This document shows positions 38,453 through 49,823 of a DNA stretch of 64,000 nt, in pieces. The notes beneath the pieces were generated by a model. The model was not told the origin of the DNA, searched no databases, and saw only the letters and a list, made by a program, of their open reading frames with translations. The stretch is from an uncultured Aliarcobacter sp. (GTDB lineage: Bacteria > Campylobacterota > Campylobacteria > Campylobacterales > Arcobacteraceae): NCBI GenBank assembly GCA_963664305.2, contig CAXXLV010000002.1, forward strand, positions 1,024,001 through 1,088,000. The letters run 5' to 3'. Each line of letters opens with the position of its first letter. The first letter of the stretch is position 1. A program made the position numbers and the translations under genes.

Positions 38453-39796
38453 ATGAATAGTACAAAAATTGAAAAACTATTTAAAATATTTGCTATTCAA
38501 TTTTTTTTATTAATAATGATTTGGGGAGAATCAATGGGAAGTAATTTACCAAAATACTATACAAAAACTTTAGAAAATGGTCTACAAATTGTAGCAATTC
38601 CTATGCAAAATGGTTCAAATGTTATTTCAACTGATGTATTTTACAAAGTTGGTAGCCGAGATGAAAAAATGGGTAAAAGTGGAATTGCTCACATGCTTGA
38701 ACATTTAAATTTCAAATCAACAAAAAATTTAGAAGCTGGGGAGTTTGATGAGATTGTTAAAGGTTTTGGAGGAGTAAATAATGCTTCTACATCTTTTGAC
38801 TATACACATTATTTTATAAAATCTAGTTCTAAAAATATGGATAAATCTTTAGAATTATTTGCCGATTTAATGGAAAATCTTACTCTAAAAGATGAAGAAT
38901 TCCAACCAGAACGTGATGTAGTAGCTGAAGAAAGAAGATGGAGAACAGATAATAATCCTATGGGATATTTACAATTTAGATTGTTTAATAATGCTTATAT
39001 CTATCATCCATATCATTGGACACCAATTGGATTTATGAATGATATTAAAAATTGGACAATTGAAGATATTAGAGATTTTCATAGTACTTATTATCAACCA
39101 AAAAATGCAATTGTTGTAGTTGCTGGTGATATAGATAAAGATGAAATTTTCAAATCAGTTGAAAAACATTTTAAAAATATCAAAAATACCAAAGAAATTC
39201 CTTCAAAACTTCATACAGTTGAGCCAAAACAAGATGGAGAAAAAAGAGTTACAATTAATAAAGAATCTGCTGTTCAAATGATTGCAATTACTTATCATAT
39301 TCCAAATTTTGAGCACGAAGACCAAGTGGCACTTAGTGCATTAAGTGAATTTTTAAGTTCTGGGAAAAGTTCTGTTTTACAAAAAAGATTAATTGATGAG
39401 AAAAGATTAGTAAACACAATTTATGCTTATAATATGGAGTTAAAAGACCCAGGATTATTTATGTTTATAGCAGTTGCAAACGAAGGAATTTCTGCTTTAG
39501 AAATTGAAAAAGAAATTTTAGATACAATTGCGCAAATCAAAAAAGGTGAAATCTCACAAAAAGACATTGATAAAATAAAAATCAATACAAAAGCTGATTT
39601 TATTTTCTCTTTAGAAAGTTCTAGCGAAGTTGCTTCTTTATATGGTTCTTATTTTGTTAGAGATAATATTCAACCTCTTTTAGATTATGAAAAAAATGTA
39701 GAAAAATTAACTAAAGAAGATTTAATTAATGTTGCAAATAAATATTTAAATCAAAACAATTCTACAACTGTTATTTTGAAACAAGAGGAAAAATAA
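38453..39796 (+). CDS. M16 family zinc peptidase
   Basis: Inverted zinc motif HMLEH; N-terminal signal-like segment. Confidence 0.92.
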   Translation: MNSTKIEKLFKIFAIQFFLLIMIWGESMGSNLPKYYTKTLENGLQIVAIPMQNGSNVISTDVFYKVGSRDEKMGKSGIAHMLEHLNFKSTKNLEAGEFDEIVKGFGGVNNASTSFDYTHYFIKSSSKNMDKSLELFADLMENLTLKDEEFQPERDVVAEERRWRTDNNPMGYLQFRLFNNAYIYHPYHWTPIGFMNDIKNWTIEDIRDFHSTYYQPKNAIVVVAGDIDKDEIFKSVEKHFKNIKNTKEIPSKLHTVEPKQDGEKRVTINKESAVQMIAITYHIPNFEHEDQVALSALSEFLSSGKSSVLQKRLIDEKRLVNTIYAYNMELKDPGLFMFIAVANEGISALEIEKEILDTIAQIKKGEISQKDIDKIKINTKADFIFSLESSSEVASLYGSYFVRDNIQPLLDYEKNVEKLTKEDLINVANKYLNQNNSTTVILKQEEK

Positions 39797-40263
39797 TGGA
39801 TTTTAAAGTAACTAAAACAAATTTTGGTGAAAAACCAGAATTTGAATATCCAAAACCACTTTTTTTAGAAGAGATGGGTGAAGAAGGATTAAAAAAACTT
39901 TTTAGTGATTTTTATGACCTAGTTGTTGATAGTGATATTGGAAACTTTTTCCCTCAAAATGAAGAAGAGTTAGAAAAAGTAAAAGCGCATAATGTTAAAT
40001 TTTTTATTGAAGCTTGTGGTGGAGAAAAACATTATTCAAATGCTGTTGGGCATTTTGATATGATGAAAACTCATAAACAATTTTCAATAACAGAAAAAGC
40101 AAGACGTGAATGGCTTGGTTGTATGGAAGAAGTTTTAAAAAAAGTTAACATTTCAGACGAAGCAAAAAAAAGTTTTTGGGAATTTTTAGAAACATTCTCA
40201 AAACATACTGTAAATGTTGATGAAAGACAAGAATTAGAAGATTTAGTAGTAAAAAAAGGATAA
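39796..40263 (+). CDS. Truncated haemoglobin, group II-like
   Basis: DFY (B10 Tyr), GG motif, proximal His (KTHKQF.I), REWL (G8 Trp). Confidence 0.8.
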   Translation: MDFKVTKTNFGEKPEFEYPKPLFLEEMGEEGLKKLFSDFYDLVVDSDIGNFFPQNEEELEKVKAHNVKFFIEACGGEKHYSNAVGHFDMMKTHKQFSITEKARREWLGCMEEVLKKVNISDEAKKSFWEFLETFSKHTVNVDERQELEDLVVKKG

Positions 40264-40265
40264 AT

Positions 40266-41153
40266 ATGGATATTATTACCGGTGCTATGACCGCACTAAT
40301 TACGCCATTTAAAAATGGTAAAGTTGATTTACAAAAATATGAGTCTTTAATAAAAAGACAAATAGCGCAAGGAATTGATGCAATTGTTCCAGTTGGAACA
40401 ACTGGAGAAAGTGCAACACTATCACATAGTGAACATAAAGAGTGTATTGAAGTTGCTGTTGCGGTTTGTAAGGGAAGCGGTGTAAAGGTTATAGCAGGTG
40501 CAGGTTCAAATGCAACACATGAAGCATGTGATATTGCAAAACATGCACAAGAAGTTGGAGCAGATGGACTTTTATCAGTAACTCCATATTATAACAAACC
40601 AACTCAAGAGGGATTATATCAACACTATAAAGCTATTGCTAATTCTGTTGAAATTCCATTTATGCTTTATAATGTACCAGGAAGAACTGGGGTTGATTTA
40701 GAAGCAAATACAGCAATTAGATTATTTGATGATGTAAAAAATATCTATGCAGTAAAAGAAGCAACAGGTTCACTAGAACGTGCTATTTCACTAATTTCTC
40801 AAAGAAAAGATTTTTTAGTTATATCGGGAGATGATTCAATTGATTTTCCAATGTTAGTAAGTGGAGCAAAAGGAATAATTTCTGTTACTGCAAACATTTT
40901 ACCTAATTTAAAATCACAATTAGTAAAAAATGTATTCAATGGAAATTTAGAAGAAGCTAGAAAAATAAGTGAAGATTTATATGAAATAAACAATGTATTA
41001 TTCTGTGAAAGTAATCCTATTCCAATTAAAGCTGCAATGTATATTGCTGGATTATTAGATACATTAGAATATAGACTTCCATTAACAAGTCCAAGTAATG
41101 AAACAATGAAAAAATTAGAGAAAACTTTAGAAAAATATGAGGTAATTAAATAA
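40266..41153 (+). CDS. dapA: 4-hydroxy-tetrahydrodipicolinate synthase
   Basis: [24 protein letters not shown]. Confidence 0.96.
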   Translation: MDIITGAMTALITPFKNGKVDLQKYESLIKRQIAQGIDAIVPVGTTGESATLSHSEHKECIEVAVAVCKGSGVKVIAGAGSNATHEACDIAKHAQEVGADGLLSVTPYYNKPTQEGLYQHYKAIANSVEIPFMLYNVPGRTGVDLEANTAIRLFDDVKNIYAVKEATGSLERAISLISQRKDFLVISGDDSIDFPMLVSGAKGIISVTANILPNLKSQLVKNVFNGNLEEARKISEDLYEINNVLFCESNPIPIKAAMYIAGLLDTLEYRLPLTSPSNETMKKLEKTLEKYEVIK

Positions 41154-41929
41154 TGAATAATATGCAAGGAAAAACTTTAGTAATTTCTGGGGGAACTAAA
41201 GGTATTGGTAAAGAGTGTGTATATAAATTTGCTAGTAATGGTGTAAATGTTGCATTTACATATAATTCAAATGGTGAAATTGCACAAGAAATTTGTAGAG
41301 ATGTTGAAACTAAATTTGGTGTTAAATGTAGAGCGTATCCTTTTAATATCTTAGAACCAGAAAAATATAGTGAATTATTTGAAGAGATTGATAAAGATTT
41401 TGATAGAGTTGATTTCTTTATCTCAAATGCAATGATTTATGGAAGAGCTGTAGTTGGTGGTTATGGTAAATTTATGAAATTAAAACCAAGAGGTTTAAAT
41501 AATATTTATACAGCAACTGTAAATGCTTTCGTTTGTGGTGCTCAACAAGCTGCAAAAAGAATGCAAAAAATTGGTGGTGGAGCTATTGTTTCATTATCAT
41601 CAACTGGAAACTTAGTTTATATTGAAAACTATGCAGGGCATGGTACAAATAAAGCTGCTGTTGAAGCAATGGTTAGATATGCAGCAACTGAACTTGGTGA
41701 GTTTAATATTAGAGTAAATGCAGTTTCAGGTGGTCCTATTGATACAGATGCATTAAAAGCATTTACAAATTATGAAGAAGTAAAAGCAAAAACTGCTGAA
41801 TACTCTCCATTAAATAGAATTGGTCAACCAGAAGATTTAGCACAATCTTGTTATTTCTTATGTACAAGTGATGCTTCATGGATTACAGGTCATACTTTAA
41901 TCGTTGATGGTGGGACAACATTTAAATAA
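41153..41929 (+). CDS. SDR oxidoreductase (enoyl-ACP reductase FabL-like)
   Basis: SGGTKGIG, VNAVSGGPIDTDAL, VDGG; follows dapA. Confidence 0.8.
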   Translation: MNNMQGKTLVISGGTKGIGKECVYKFASNGVNVAFTYNSNGEIAQEICRDVETKFGVKCRAYPFNILEPEKYSELFEEIDKDFDRVDFFISNAMIYGRAVVGGYGKFMKLKPRGLNNIYTATVNAFVCGAQQAAKRMQKIGGGAIVSLSSTGNLVYIENYAGHGTNKAAVEAMVRYAATELGEFNIRVNAVSGGPIDTDALKAFTNYEEVKAKTAEYSPLNRIGQPEDLAQSCYFLCTSDASWITGHTLIVDGGTTFK

Positions 41930-42471
41930 TGTCAAAAGCACTAAATTTACCAAATATTCTGGCACTTTTTAGAATAGCATTAGCTCCGCTAATGCTATGG
42001 TTTTTTATAGATAGAAACAACCCTATTTTCTCTTCATGGCATCCTTCTTGGTTTGATTATTTCGCAGGTTTGATTTTTGTAATTGCTTCTGTAACAGATT
42101 TTTTTGATGGATTTATAGCAAGAAGTTGGAATCAAATGACAAAATTAGGTGGAATACTTGATCCACTTGCAGATAAGATGTTGGTACTTGCAGGTTTTCT
42201 AGGACTAATGGTTATTGATAGAGCAAGTGCATGGGCTGTATTTTTAATCTTATCAAGAGAATTTTTTATAACAGGTCTTAGAGTTGTTGCAGTTAGTGAA
42301 GGTAAAGATGTAGCTTCAACAATGGCAGGAAAAGTTAAAACTGTTGTTCAAATGATTGCAATAGGATTTTTAACTATGAATTGGCCATTTGCAACTGAAA
42401 TTTTATGGTTAGCTGTTATTCTTACTATTTATTCAGGGTATGAATATACAAGAGATTATTTTAAATATTAA
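41929..42471 (+). CDS. pgsA: Phosphatidylglycerophosphate synthase
   Basis: D..DG..AR......G..LD..AD motif. Confidence 0.93.
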   Translation: MSKALNLPNILALFRIALAPLMLWFFIDRNNPIFSSWHPSWFDYFAGLIFVIASVTDFFDGFIARSWNQMTKLGGILDPLADKMLVLAGFLGLMVIDRASAWAVFLILSREFFITGLRVVAVSEGKDVASTMAGKVKTVVQMIAIGFLTMNWPFATEILWLAVILTIYSGYEYTRDYFKY

Positions 42472-42480
42472 AGGTTTTTT

Positions 42481-43539
42481 TTGGGAACTATAACTTTTTT
42501 ACTTGTTTTATCATTTTTAGTATTTTTCCATGAACTTGGCCACTTTTTGGCAGCTCGTTATTTTGGAGTAAAAGTTCATGTATTTTCAATAGGTTTTGGG
42601 AAACAACTTTATTCAAAAGATTGGAAAGGTACAACTTGGCAATTTGCCCTAATTCCACTTGGTGGATATGTAAAAATGAAAGGACAAGATGATTCAAATC
42701 CAGCTTTAAAAGAAGATGGTGATGATTCATATAATACAAAAAAACCTTGGCAAAGAATTATAATTTTATTTGCTGGACCTTTTGCAAACTTTATTCTTGC
42801 TGCTGTTTTATATTTTACTATTGCATTAATGGGAGCTACAACTTGGGCTGCACAAGTAGGAACTGTTCAAGAAAATTCACCTGCTTTTCATGCAGGAATT
42901 CTTCCAAATGATGAAATTCTTAGAATTAATGACACTGAAATAACTTCTTGGGATGAAATTGGTAAAACTATTATCAATACAGAAGGAGCTTTAAAATTCT
43001 TCATAAAAAGAGATGGAGAGATTATTGCTAAAACAATAAATCCAAGAATTTCTGATAGTGAGAATATGTTTAAAGAAAAAATCAAAAAAAGAATGATAGG
43101 TATTTCTCCTTCTGGAAAAGTTATTACTTTAGAGCTTACATTTTCTCAAGCTTTAGTTTATGCTTATGAAAAAACTCTTTTTGCATCAACAATGATTTTT
43201 CAAGGTGTACAAAAATTGATTTCAGGTGTGGTTCCAACAAGTGAAGTTGGTGGAGTAATTTCAATTGGAAAAGTAATTTCAGATGCAAGTGAATCATCAA
43301 TCATAGCACTATTTGCAATTACAGCTTTAATTTCCGTAAATCTTGGTGTATTAAATCTTCTTCCAATTCCAGCACTTGATGGTGGACATATAATGTTTAA
43401 TCTATATGAGATGATTACTAGAAGAAAACCAAGTGATCAAGTTTTTATGTTTTTAACTATAATGGGATGGGTTATTTTAGGAAGTTTAATGCTTCTTGGA
43501 ATTTATAATGATATAAATAGAATTTTTTTAAATGACTAA
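42481..43539 (+). CDS. rseP: RIP metalloprotease RseP
   Basis: HELGH, PDZ domain, NLLPIPALDGG. Confidence 0.95.
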   Translation: MGTITFLLVLSFLVFFHELGHFLAARYFGVKVHVFSIGFGKQLYSKDWKGTTWQFALIPLGGYVKMKGQDDSNPALKEDGDDSYNTKKPWQRIIILFAGPFANFILAAVLYFTIALMGATTWAAQVGTVQENSPAFHAGILPNDEILRINDTEITSWDEIGKTIINTEGALKFFIKRDGEIIAKTINPRISDSENMFKEKIKKRMIGISPSGKVITLELTFSQALVYAYEKTLFASTMIFQGVQKLISGVVPTSEVGGVISIGKVISDASESSIIALFAITALISVNLGVLNLLPIPALDGGHIMFNLYEMITRRKPSDQVFMFLTIMGWVILGSLMLLGIYNDINRIFLND

Positions 43540-43550
43540 AAGAGATTAAA

Positions 43551-44228
43551 ATGAATAAAGAAACAGCAACAAAAAATTTAGATAATGTTATAACAAAAGT
43601 TGAAGGTGCGAGACTTAGAATTTCAGAGCATCATATAGTTAAAATTATTGGTATTTCAAAATATTCAACAAGCCAAGATATAAAAACTCTTTACGAAGCA
43701 GGACAAAGAGCTTTTGGAGAAAATAAAGTACAAGATTTAAAAACTAAAAGTGAAGAACTTGAAGACTTACCAATTGAATGGCACTTTGTAGGAACTTTAC
43801 AAAAAAATAAAATCAATAACTTAATCGACTTAAATCCAACACTTATTCACTCTTTAGACTCTTTAGATTTAGCAATTGAATTAAATAAAAAGCTTGAAGC
43901 AAAAAATAAAAAACTTTCTGCTCTACTTCAAATAAATTCAGCTTATGAAGATACAAAATCAGGGGTAATGCCTGAAGTTGCAATTGAAGTTTACAAACAA
44001 ATAATTGAGCTTTGTCCAAATATCATTTTAAAAGGTGTTATGAGCATAGGTGCACATACAGATGATGAAAAAATTATCAAAGAATCTTTTAAAACTACAA
44101 AAAAAATTTATGATGAATTAGTTCCATTTGGAGCAAAATATTGTTCAATGGGAATGAGTTCTGATTTTGAACTTGCAATTGCATGTGGTTCAAATATGAT
44201 AAGAGTTGGTTCAACACTTTTTAAATAA
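43551..44228 (+). CDS. yggS: PLP homeostasis protein YggS
   Basis: FGENKVQ, WHFVG.LQ.NK, SMGMS.D, RVGS. Confidence 0.95.
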   Translation: MNKETATKNLDNVITKVEGARLRISEHHIVKIIGISKYSTSQDIKTLYEAGQRAFGENKVQDLKTKSEELEDLPIEWHFVGTLQKNKINNLIDLNPTLIHSLDSLDLAIELNKKLEAKNKKLSALLQINSAYEDTKSGVMPEVAIEVYKQIIELCPNIILKGVMSIGAHTDDEKIIKESFKTTKKIYDELVPFGAKYCSMGMSSDFELAIACGSNMIRVGSTLFK

Positions 44229-44388
44229 AAATAACTCTTTTCCTAACCTAAATAATATAATAAATAAAAAGACTTATAAATAACTTTTTATTTTATAAAT
44301 TCTCTTCTTAATGCCCTATTTCTCGCATTTATTGTAATTAATATTGTTATATAATTTTTAATACATTAAAAAAGGGAAAAGGGTTTTA

Positions 44389-45789
44389 ATGCTAGTTAAT
44401 CTCGAAACGAAAAAAAGAATATTTCTTAACATGCTGTTAAGTCAATTAGGATTTGCAATAATTAGTGTCGTTGCAATATTCAGTAACTCAAAAATTATTG
44501 CAATTATAACTGTAAATATTGTATTTGCCATGATTATTGCTTATGTAAATTTTTATTCTATGAAAAGAATTGTTGGAGGAATAGATAGAATAAAAAAATA
44601 TATTGATGATTTGATGGATTTTGCTTTTTACAGAACAAACCGAATAAGAAAAGCTCAATATATAAAAAATGATGATATTGGTTTCATACTAAGAGAGTTA
44701 AACCAATATGTAGATAAATTTGATGATATGAGAAAAAATGATATGCATGTATTAGGAGAGGTAGTTATTGCATTAAATAAGGTTTCTCAAGGAATTTATA
44801 CAACAAAAATTCATACTGATTCTAATAATTTCATGATTACAACTTTGAAAAAAATAGTTAATGACATGCTTACAACTACAAATGCAAATATGGAAGAACT
44901 TGTAAATATTATGGATAAATTTACCCATCAAGATTATCGTCATCAAATGAACATAAATCCTATTTTAAAAGGGAAAATGCTCATAACGATGCAACAAATC
45001 AATATATTAGGTAAAGAGTTAAATGATAATGCAAAACAAAATTTGGAAAATGGTTCTCTTTTAGAAAAAAATTCTATTTATATGCAAAAATCGATGAAAC
45101 ATCTTGCCCTTAGAGCAAATGAACAAGCAGCTTCTTTAGAACAAACTGCTGCAGCACTAGAAGAAATAACATCAATTACAAAAAACAATACCATAAATGC
45201 TACAAAAATGTCTGAATTAAGTAAAGATTTAAAAGATTCAGTAACAACAGGTGGAACACTTGCAAATAAAACTGCTTTAGCTATGGATGAAATCAACCAA
45301 AAAGTTCAAGCTATTAGTGAAGCAATAACTATTATTGATCAAATTGCATTTCAAACAAATATTTTATCTTTAAATGCAGCTGTTGAAGCAGCAACTGCAG
45401 GTGAAGCAGGACGTGGATTTGCTGTTGTTGCTGCTGAAGTAAGAAATTTAGCAAGTAGAAGTGCAGAAGCAGCTAGAGAGATAAAAGATTTAGTTGAAAA
45501 CGCAACAACAAAAACTCATGAAGGAAGAGAGATATCAAATGAGATGAGTAATGGTTACAACAATCTAAATCAACTCATTTCTCAAACAATAAATATAATA
45601 CAAGATGTAAGTTCAGCATCGAAAGAACAACTAACAGGAATTGAACAAATAAATAATGCAATATCAATGTTAGATAAAGTAACTCAAGAAAATGCCAATG
45701 AATCAAATAGTGTTTCAAATATTGCAAATGAAACTCTTTCTATGGCTCTATTATTAGTTGAAGACGCAAAAAGCAAAAAAGTAAATTAA
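44389..45789 (+). CDS. Methyl-accepting chemotaxis protein (CetA-like, no periplasmic domain)
   Basis: Two adjacent TM helices; [29 protein letters not shown]. Confidence 0.92.
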   Translation: MLVNLETKKRIFLNMLLSQLGFAIISVVAIFSNSKIIAIITVNIVFAMIIAYVNFYSMKRIVGGIDRIKKYIDDLMDFAFYRTNRIRKAQYIKNDDIGFILRELNQYVDKFDDMRKNDMHVLGEVVIALNKVSQGIYTTKIHTDSNNFMITTLKKIVNDMLTTTNANMEELVNIMDKFTHQDYRHQMNINPILKGKMLITMQQINILGKELNDNAKQNLENGSLLEKNSIYMQKSMKHLALRANEQAASLEQTAAALEEITSITKNNTINATKMSELSKDLKDSVTTGGTLANKTALAMDEINQKVQAISEAITIIDQIAFQTNILSLNAAVEAATAGEAGRGFAVVAAEVRNLASRSAEAAREIKDLVENATTKTHEGREISNEMSNGYNNLNQLISQTINIIQDVSSASKEQLTGIEQINNAISMLDKVTQENANESNSVSNIANETLSMALLLVEDAKSKKVN

Positions 45790-45798
45790 GGGAAAACA

Positions 45799-46194
45799 AT
45801 GAGTAAAGAAATAGTTTTAGATGATTCTGCTTTTTTAGTAAGTGAAACAGATGAACGGGGTATTATTATTTTTGCAAATGACGATTTTTGTAAGATTGCA
45901 GAATATGGAGTTGATGAATTAATTGGTAAACCACATAATATTGTAAGACATAAAGATATGCCAAAAGCTGCATTCAAAGATTTATGGGATTGTGTAAAAC
46001 AAGGAAAAGTTTGGACTGGCTATGTAAAAAATGCAACAAAATCTGGAAATTATTATTGGGTTTTTGCAACTGTCTTTCCAACAACGACAAGTGAAGGAAC
46101 TAAAGGTTTTTTATCATGTAGAAGAAAAGCTAGTCAAGAAGAGATAAATGAATCTATTGAGCTATATGAAAGATTAAATAGAAAAGAGATATAA
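45799..46194 (+). CDS. Stand-alone Aer-type PAS protein (CetB-like)
   Basis: ELIGKPHNIVRH.DMP..AF..LW, KN..K.G.YYWV. Confidence 0.9.
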   Translation: MSKEIVLDDSAFLVSETDERGIIIFANDDFCKIAEYGVDELIGKPHNIVRHKDMPKAAFKDLWDCVKQGKVWTGYVKNATKSGNYYWVFATVFPTTTSEGTKGFLSCRRKASQEEINESIELYERLNRKEI

Positions 46195-46215
46195 ACTTTT
46201 TAGAAAAGAGAAATA

Positions 46216-46428
46216 CTATTTTTTCTCTTTTCTAATATTTGTTATTGTTTTACCACCAATTGCATAATTGTCTGTATTTAGTTCTTCTATAATCACAACT
46301 GCACTTGAAGCACCTCTTCCATTAAAAACTTTTGCAAAAAGTTCTGTTATTCCTTTTGCTAATTCCTCTTTTTGTTCTTTTGTAGCTCCACCATCTTCAT
46401 GGGTCATTTTTACATTTATTACAGGCAT
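46216..46428 (-). CDS. 4-oxalocrotonate tautomerase family protein
   Basis: N-terminal catalytic Pro (MP), T.EQK..L, IGG; 70 aa. Confidence 0.9.
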   Translation of the reverse strand: MPVINVKMTHEDGGATKEQKEELAKGITELFAKVFNGRGASSAVVIIEELNTDNYAIGGKTITNIRKEKK

Positions 46429-46453
46429 GTTTATTCCTTTAATTTTTCAGTTA

Positions 46454-46476
46454 TAATATCACTAAAAGTGATATTA
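46454..46476. promoter_or_regulatory. LysR-type operator (T-N11-A)
   Basis: Perfect TAATATCACT-AAA-AGTGATATTA between divergent tautomerase and LysR genes. Confidence 0.7.
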
Positions 46477-46519
46477 AGTCAAATATAAAATAATGATAAT
46501 TGATATAAGGAAAAGTGAT

Positions 46520-47347
46520 ATGGATTCAAATTTGTTAAAAGTTTTTGTTGAAGTTGCAAATGAAAAAAGTATTTCAAAAGCAGCAATAAATCTCCAATTC
46601 GCACAATCAAATGTTACTTCAAGAATAAAACAATTAGAAAAATCTATTGGAAGTAGCCTATTTCATAGAGTACCTAAAGGTGTAATTTTAAGTCAAGAAG
46701 GTGAAAGACTATATCCATATGCACTTGAAATAATAAAAAAAATTGAACTTGCAAATTACGAAATGAAAAATATAAATCAACAAAAACATTTATTAATTGG
46801 TTCAACTGAATCAAATGCAAGTACAAGAATTGTCCCTTTTTTATTAGAACTAAATAAAGATTTTCCTAATATGACTTTAGAATTAATCACAAATACAACA
46901 AAAGAAATTACAAAAAAAATTCTTGATTATAAACTTGACATAGCATTTATTAGTGGTCTTCCAAAAAATGATGAACTAATGATTTTAAATAAGATTGAAG
47001 AAACAATTGTTTTAGTGGAACCAAAAAATATCAAAGCTCAAAACATTTATTTATCATTTAAAAATGGATGTGCTTATAATGAATTTGGCCAAACTTATTT
47101 AAAAGAAATTACAAATCATGAACACAAAAATCTAGAATTTGGAAATTATGAAACTATTTTAGGTTGTATAAAAGCTGGTATGGGAAAAAGTATCTTACCA
47201 CTTAGTATTATTAAAAAATTAAATTATGAAAAAGATTTAGAAATTACAAAATTGTCAAAAAAGATTGTAAATCTTCCAACATGTATGGTTTGTAGAAAAG
47301 ATAATTTACCTAGAATAAAAAATTATTTAGAAAATTTTAAATTCTAG
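46520..47347 (+). CDS. LysR family transcriptional regulator
   Basis: F..VA...SISKAA..L..AQSNVT.RIKQLE; start trimmed to ATG 46520. Confidence 0.93.
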   Translation: MDSNLLKVFVEVANEKSISKAAINLQFAQSNVTSRIKQLEKSIGSSLFHRVPKGVILSQEGERLYPYALEIIKKIELANYEMKNINQQKHLLIGSTESNASTRIVPFLLELNKDFPNMTLELITNTTKEITKKILDYKLDIAFISGLPKNDELMILNKIEETIVLVEPKNIKAQNIYLSFKNGCAYNEFGQTYLKEITNHEHKNLEFGNYETILGCIKAGMGKSILPLSIIKKLNYEKDLEITKLSKKIVNLPTCMVCRKDNLPRIKNYLENFKF

Positions 47348-47359
47348 GATTTAAGTTTT

Positions 47360-48151
47360 TTAATTTAAAGCGTTTTTGAATTTTTTTAATTCTTCTTCAA
47401 TTGATGGAACTCTCATAAAATGTTCACCAATTAAAAATGCATCTGCTCCAATAGAGTTTAATCTTTTGATAACTTCAGTATCAGAAACTCCTGATTCTGC
47501 AACTATAATTTTTCCATTTGGAATAAGAGGAATTAATTTATCGCATAAACTCATATCCATTTCAAATGTATCTAAATTTCTATGATTTATTCCAATAATT
47601 GTTGCTCCACATTTAATAGCTTTTGTTAAATCCTCTTTATCATGAATTTCAACTAAAACTTCAAGTCCTAAATGAATAGCATAATCATATAACTCTTTTA
47701 ACTCTTTAGTTCCTAAAGCTTTTGCAATTAGTAAAATAAAATCAGCTCCATAAACTAAAGCTTCAACAATTTGATATTTATCAACGATAAAATCTTTTCT
47801 AAGAAGTGGAGTTGGAACATATCTTCTAATTTGAGTTAAATACTCTAAATTTCCTTTAAAATAATGAGGTTCAGTTAAAACTGAAATTGCATTTGCTCCA
47901 CTATTACTATAAGCTTGTGCTATAACTAAAGGGTCAAAATCCTCTTTTATGATTCCTTTACTTGGACTTGCTTTTTTAACTTCTGCAATAATTCTAATTG
48001 GTTCATCTTTTGTTGATGTTAAATATGGTTTTACATCTCTTGGCGTATATGGATTTGAAGATAAAGTTCTTCCTAATAAATCTAAACTTATCTCTTTTTT
48101 TCTAATCTCTAAATCTTGTTTCGTTTTTTCTATAATCTCATCTAAAATCAC
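47360..48151 (-). CDS. trpC: Indole-3-glycerol phosphate synthase
   Basis: [29 protein letters not shown] start overlapping upstream TGA. Confidence 0.96.
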   Translation of the reverse strand: MILDEIIEKTKQDLEIRKKEISLDLLGRTLSSNPYTPRDVKPYLTSTKDEPIRIIAEVKKASPSKGIIKEDFDPLVIAQAYSNSGANAISVLTEPHYFKGNLEYLTQIRRYVPTPLLRKDFIVDKYQIVEALVYGADFILLIAKALGTKELKELYDYAIHLGLEVLVEIHDKEDLTKAIKCGATIIGINHRNLDTFEMDMSLCDKLIPLIPNGKIIVAESGVSDTEVIKRLNSIGADAFLIGEHFMRVPSIEEELKKFKNALN

Positions 48152-49464
48152 TCTTTGCACTCCTTAATTTTTTCCCAATGTAATTTTATCTCTTCATCAT
48201 CTAAACCTACTTCATCAACAACTTGTTTCATATATTTATAGGCTTCTTTACAATTTTTTACTTTATATTCACCCCAAGCTAAGGTATCTAAAAACGCCAC
48301 ATTTGAAGGGTCTTTTTCTAAAGCTTTTTTAACTAAATATATTCCTCTATTAAGATTCAAATCAAAATCTATTAGAATATATGCTAAATAGTTTTCATAA
48401 ATTGGATTATCTAAAGTTTCTAAAACTTTTTCAAATTTATTTATTACATCATTTAGAATTACTTTTTTATCTTTTGCCATTTCAAATTCTAAAATCGCTT
48501 GTTGAGCTAAAAAGTCCATATTATTAGAATTTTTATATAACTTATTTAATAAATTATAAGCTTTTTGTGATTGATTTGTCATTCTATATAAATTTAATAA
48601 AATTTCATCCTCTTCACCATTTTGTTCCCAAAAATCAATAACAGCTTTTACATCATTATTTACTACATATTTTAAAAATAGCGCTTTTGTTTTATTCAAT
48701 AACAATTGATTGTCATTTTGTTTGTAATATGAATACATATTTTTTAAAAATGAAACTAATCTATCTTGTGCTTTAATATTCTCATAAAAAGCTAATAATT
48801 GTAAAGATACATTGAAGTTATAGTCATTTTTATGAATATAATCTTCAAGTTTTCTAATTGCTTCTTCTTTCTGATTTAAATTCACAAATTGAATATTCGT
48901 CAAAGTTAATAAAGTATTACTTGCACCATTTAATAAAAAAGCATTATTAAAAGCTTCATAAGATTTCAAATATTGTTTATCTTCAAGATATATACTTCCT
49001 AATAACTCATAATTTACTGCACTTTTATATGAAGATATTAATTTTTCTGCATTTAGAATAGCTTCTTCATTTTCTTGAAGTTTTAATAATGAATATGCAT
49101 ATAATCTTAAGATAACTTCTTCTTCTTTTATATTTTCAAGCATATATTTTGAAGCATTCTCTTTAACTAAACTGTACTCTTTTAACTGAGTTGTAATCGT
49201 TAAATATTTAACTAAATATTCATAATTATTAGTATTTTCAAATAATTTTAGATATATATCTCTTGCATTAAAATACATTCTTTGATTTTCAGTTTCTAAA
49301 GCATACATAATATAGAAATCTTCTAAATCAAAAGATTTTGTTTTTACTGTTTTAAAATTAGTTTTTTTTACTTCTTTATTCTCTAAATTTACATCTTTTG
49401 TACTACATGCACCAAAAATTAATATTAAAGAACAAATAACTAAAGATTTTTTATAGCTGGACAC
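48148..49464 (-). CDS. TPR-repeat lipoprotein
   Basis: FGAC lipobox; NYLAY, LDTLAWG.YK TPR motifs. Confidence 0.8.
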   Translation of the reverse strand: MSSYKKSLVICSLILIFGACSTKDVNLENKEVKKTNFKTVKTKSFDLEDFYIMYALETENQRMYFNARDIYLKLFENTNNYEYLVKYLTITTQLKEYSLVKENASKYMLENIKEEEVILRLYAYSLLKLQENEEAILNAEKLISSYKSAVNYELLGSIYLEDKQYLKSYEAFNNAFLLNGASNTLLTLTNIQFVNLNQKEEAIRKLEDYIHKNDYNFNVSLQLLAFYENIKAQDRLVSFLKNMYSYYKQNDNQLLLNKTKALFLKYVVNNDVKAVIDFWEQNGEEDEILLNLYRMTNQSQKAYNLLNKLYKNSNNMDFLAQQAILEFEMAKDKKVILNDVINKFEKVLETLDNPIYENYLAYILIDFDLNLNRGIYLVKKALEKDPSNVAFLDTLAWGEYKVKNCKEAYKYMKQVVDEVGLDDEEIKLHWEKIKECKE

Positions 49465-49823
49465 TCTTTATAAACCTCTTCTTCATTTTCTTTAAAATAG
49501 TCCCAAAAAGGGAAAGTTCTACATTGCATCGGTCTTACGGGATAAATTGAACACTGTTTTTTTTCTAAATTGAAAAAACAGCAAGCAAAATTATTTGAAG
49601 CTAATTTTACCTCTTTTATGCTATATTTATATCCAATTTTTGTTAAATATCTAAATTTTGTTTCTTCTAATGATAAATTCAAATGAAAAGCTAAAGCTTG
49701 CATCTCTTGAGCATTAATCCAAATATACCCGCTTTCACCGATACAACAATTTCCATTACATGTGTCACAACCTTTTGGATCAAATGCAAAATTAAAACCA
49801 TCTTTTTTTAATAAATCACTCAA
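49440..49823 (-). CDS. YkgJ family cysteine-cluster protein
   Basis: C..C.G.CC ... C.IY..RP.QCR.FPFW. Confidence 0.9.
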   Translation of the reverse strand: MSDLLKKDGFNFAFDPKGCDTCNGNCCIGESGYIWINAQEMQALAFHLNLSLEETKFRYLTKIGYKYSIKEVKLASNNFACCFFNLEKKQCSIYPVRPMQCRTFPFWDYFKENEEEVYKECPAIKNL

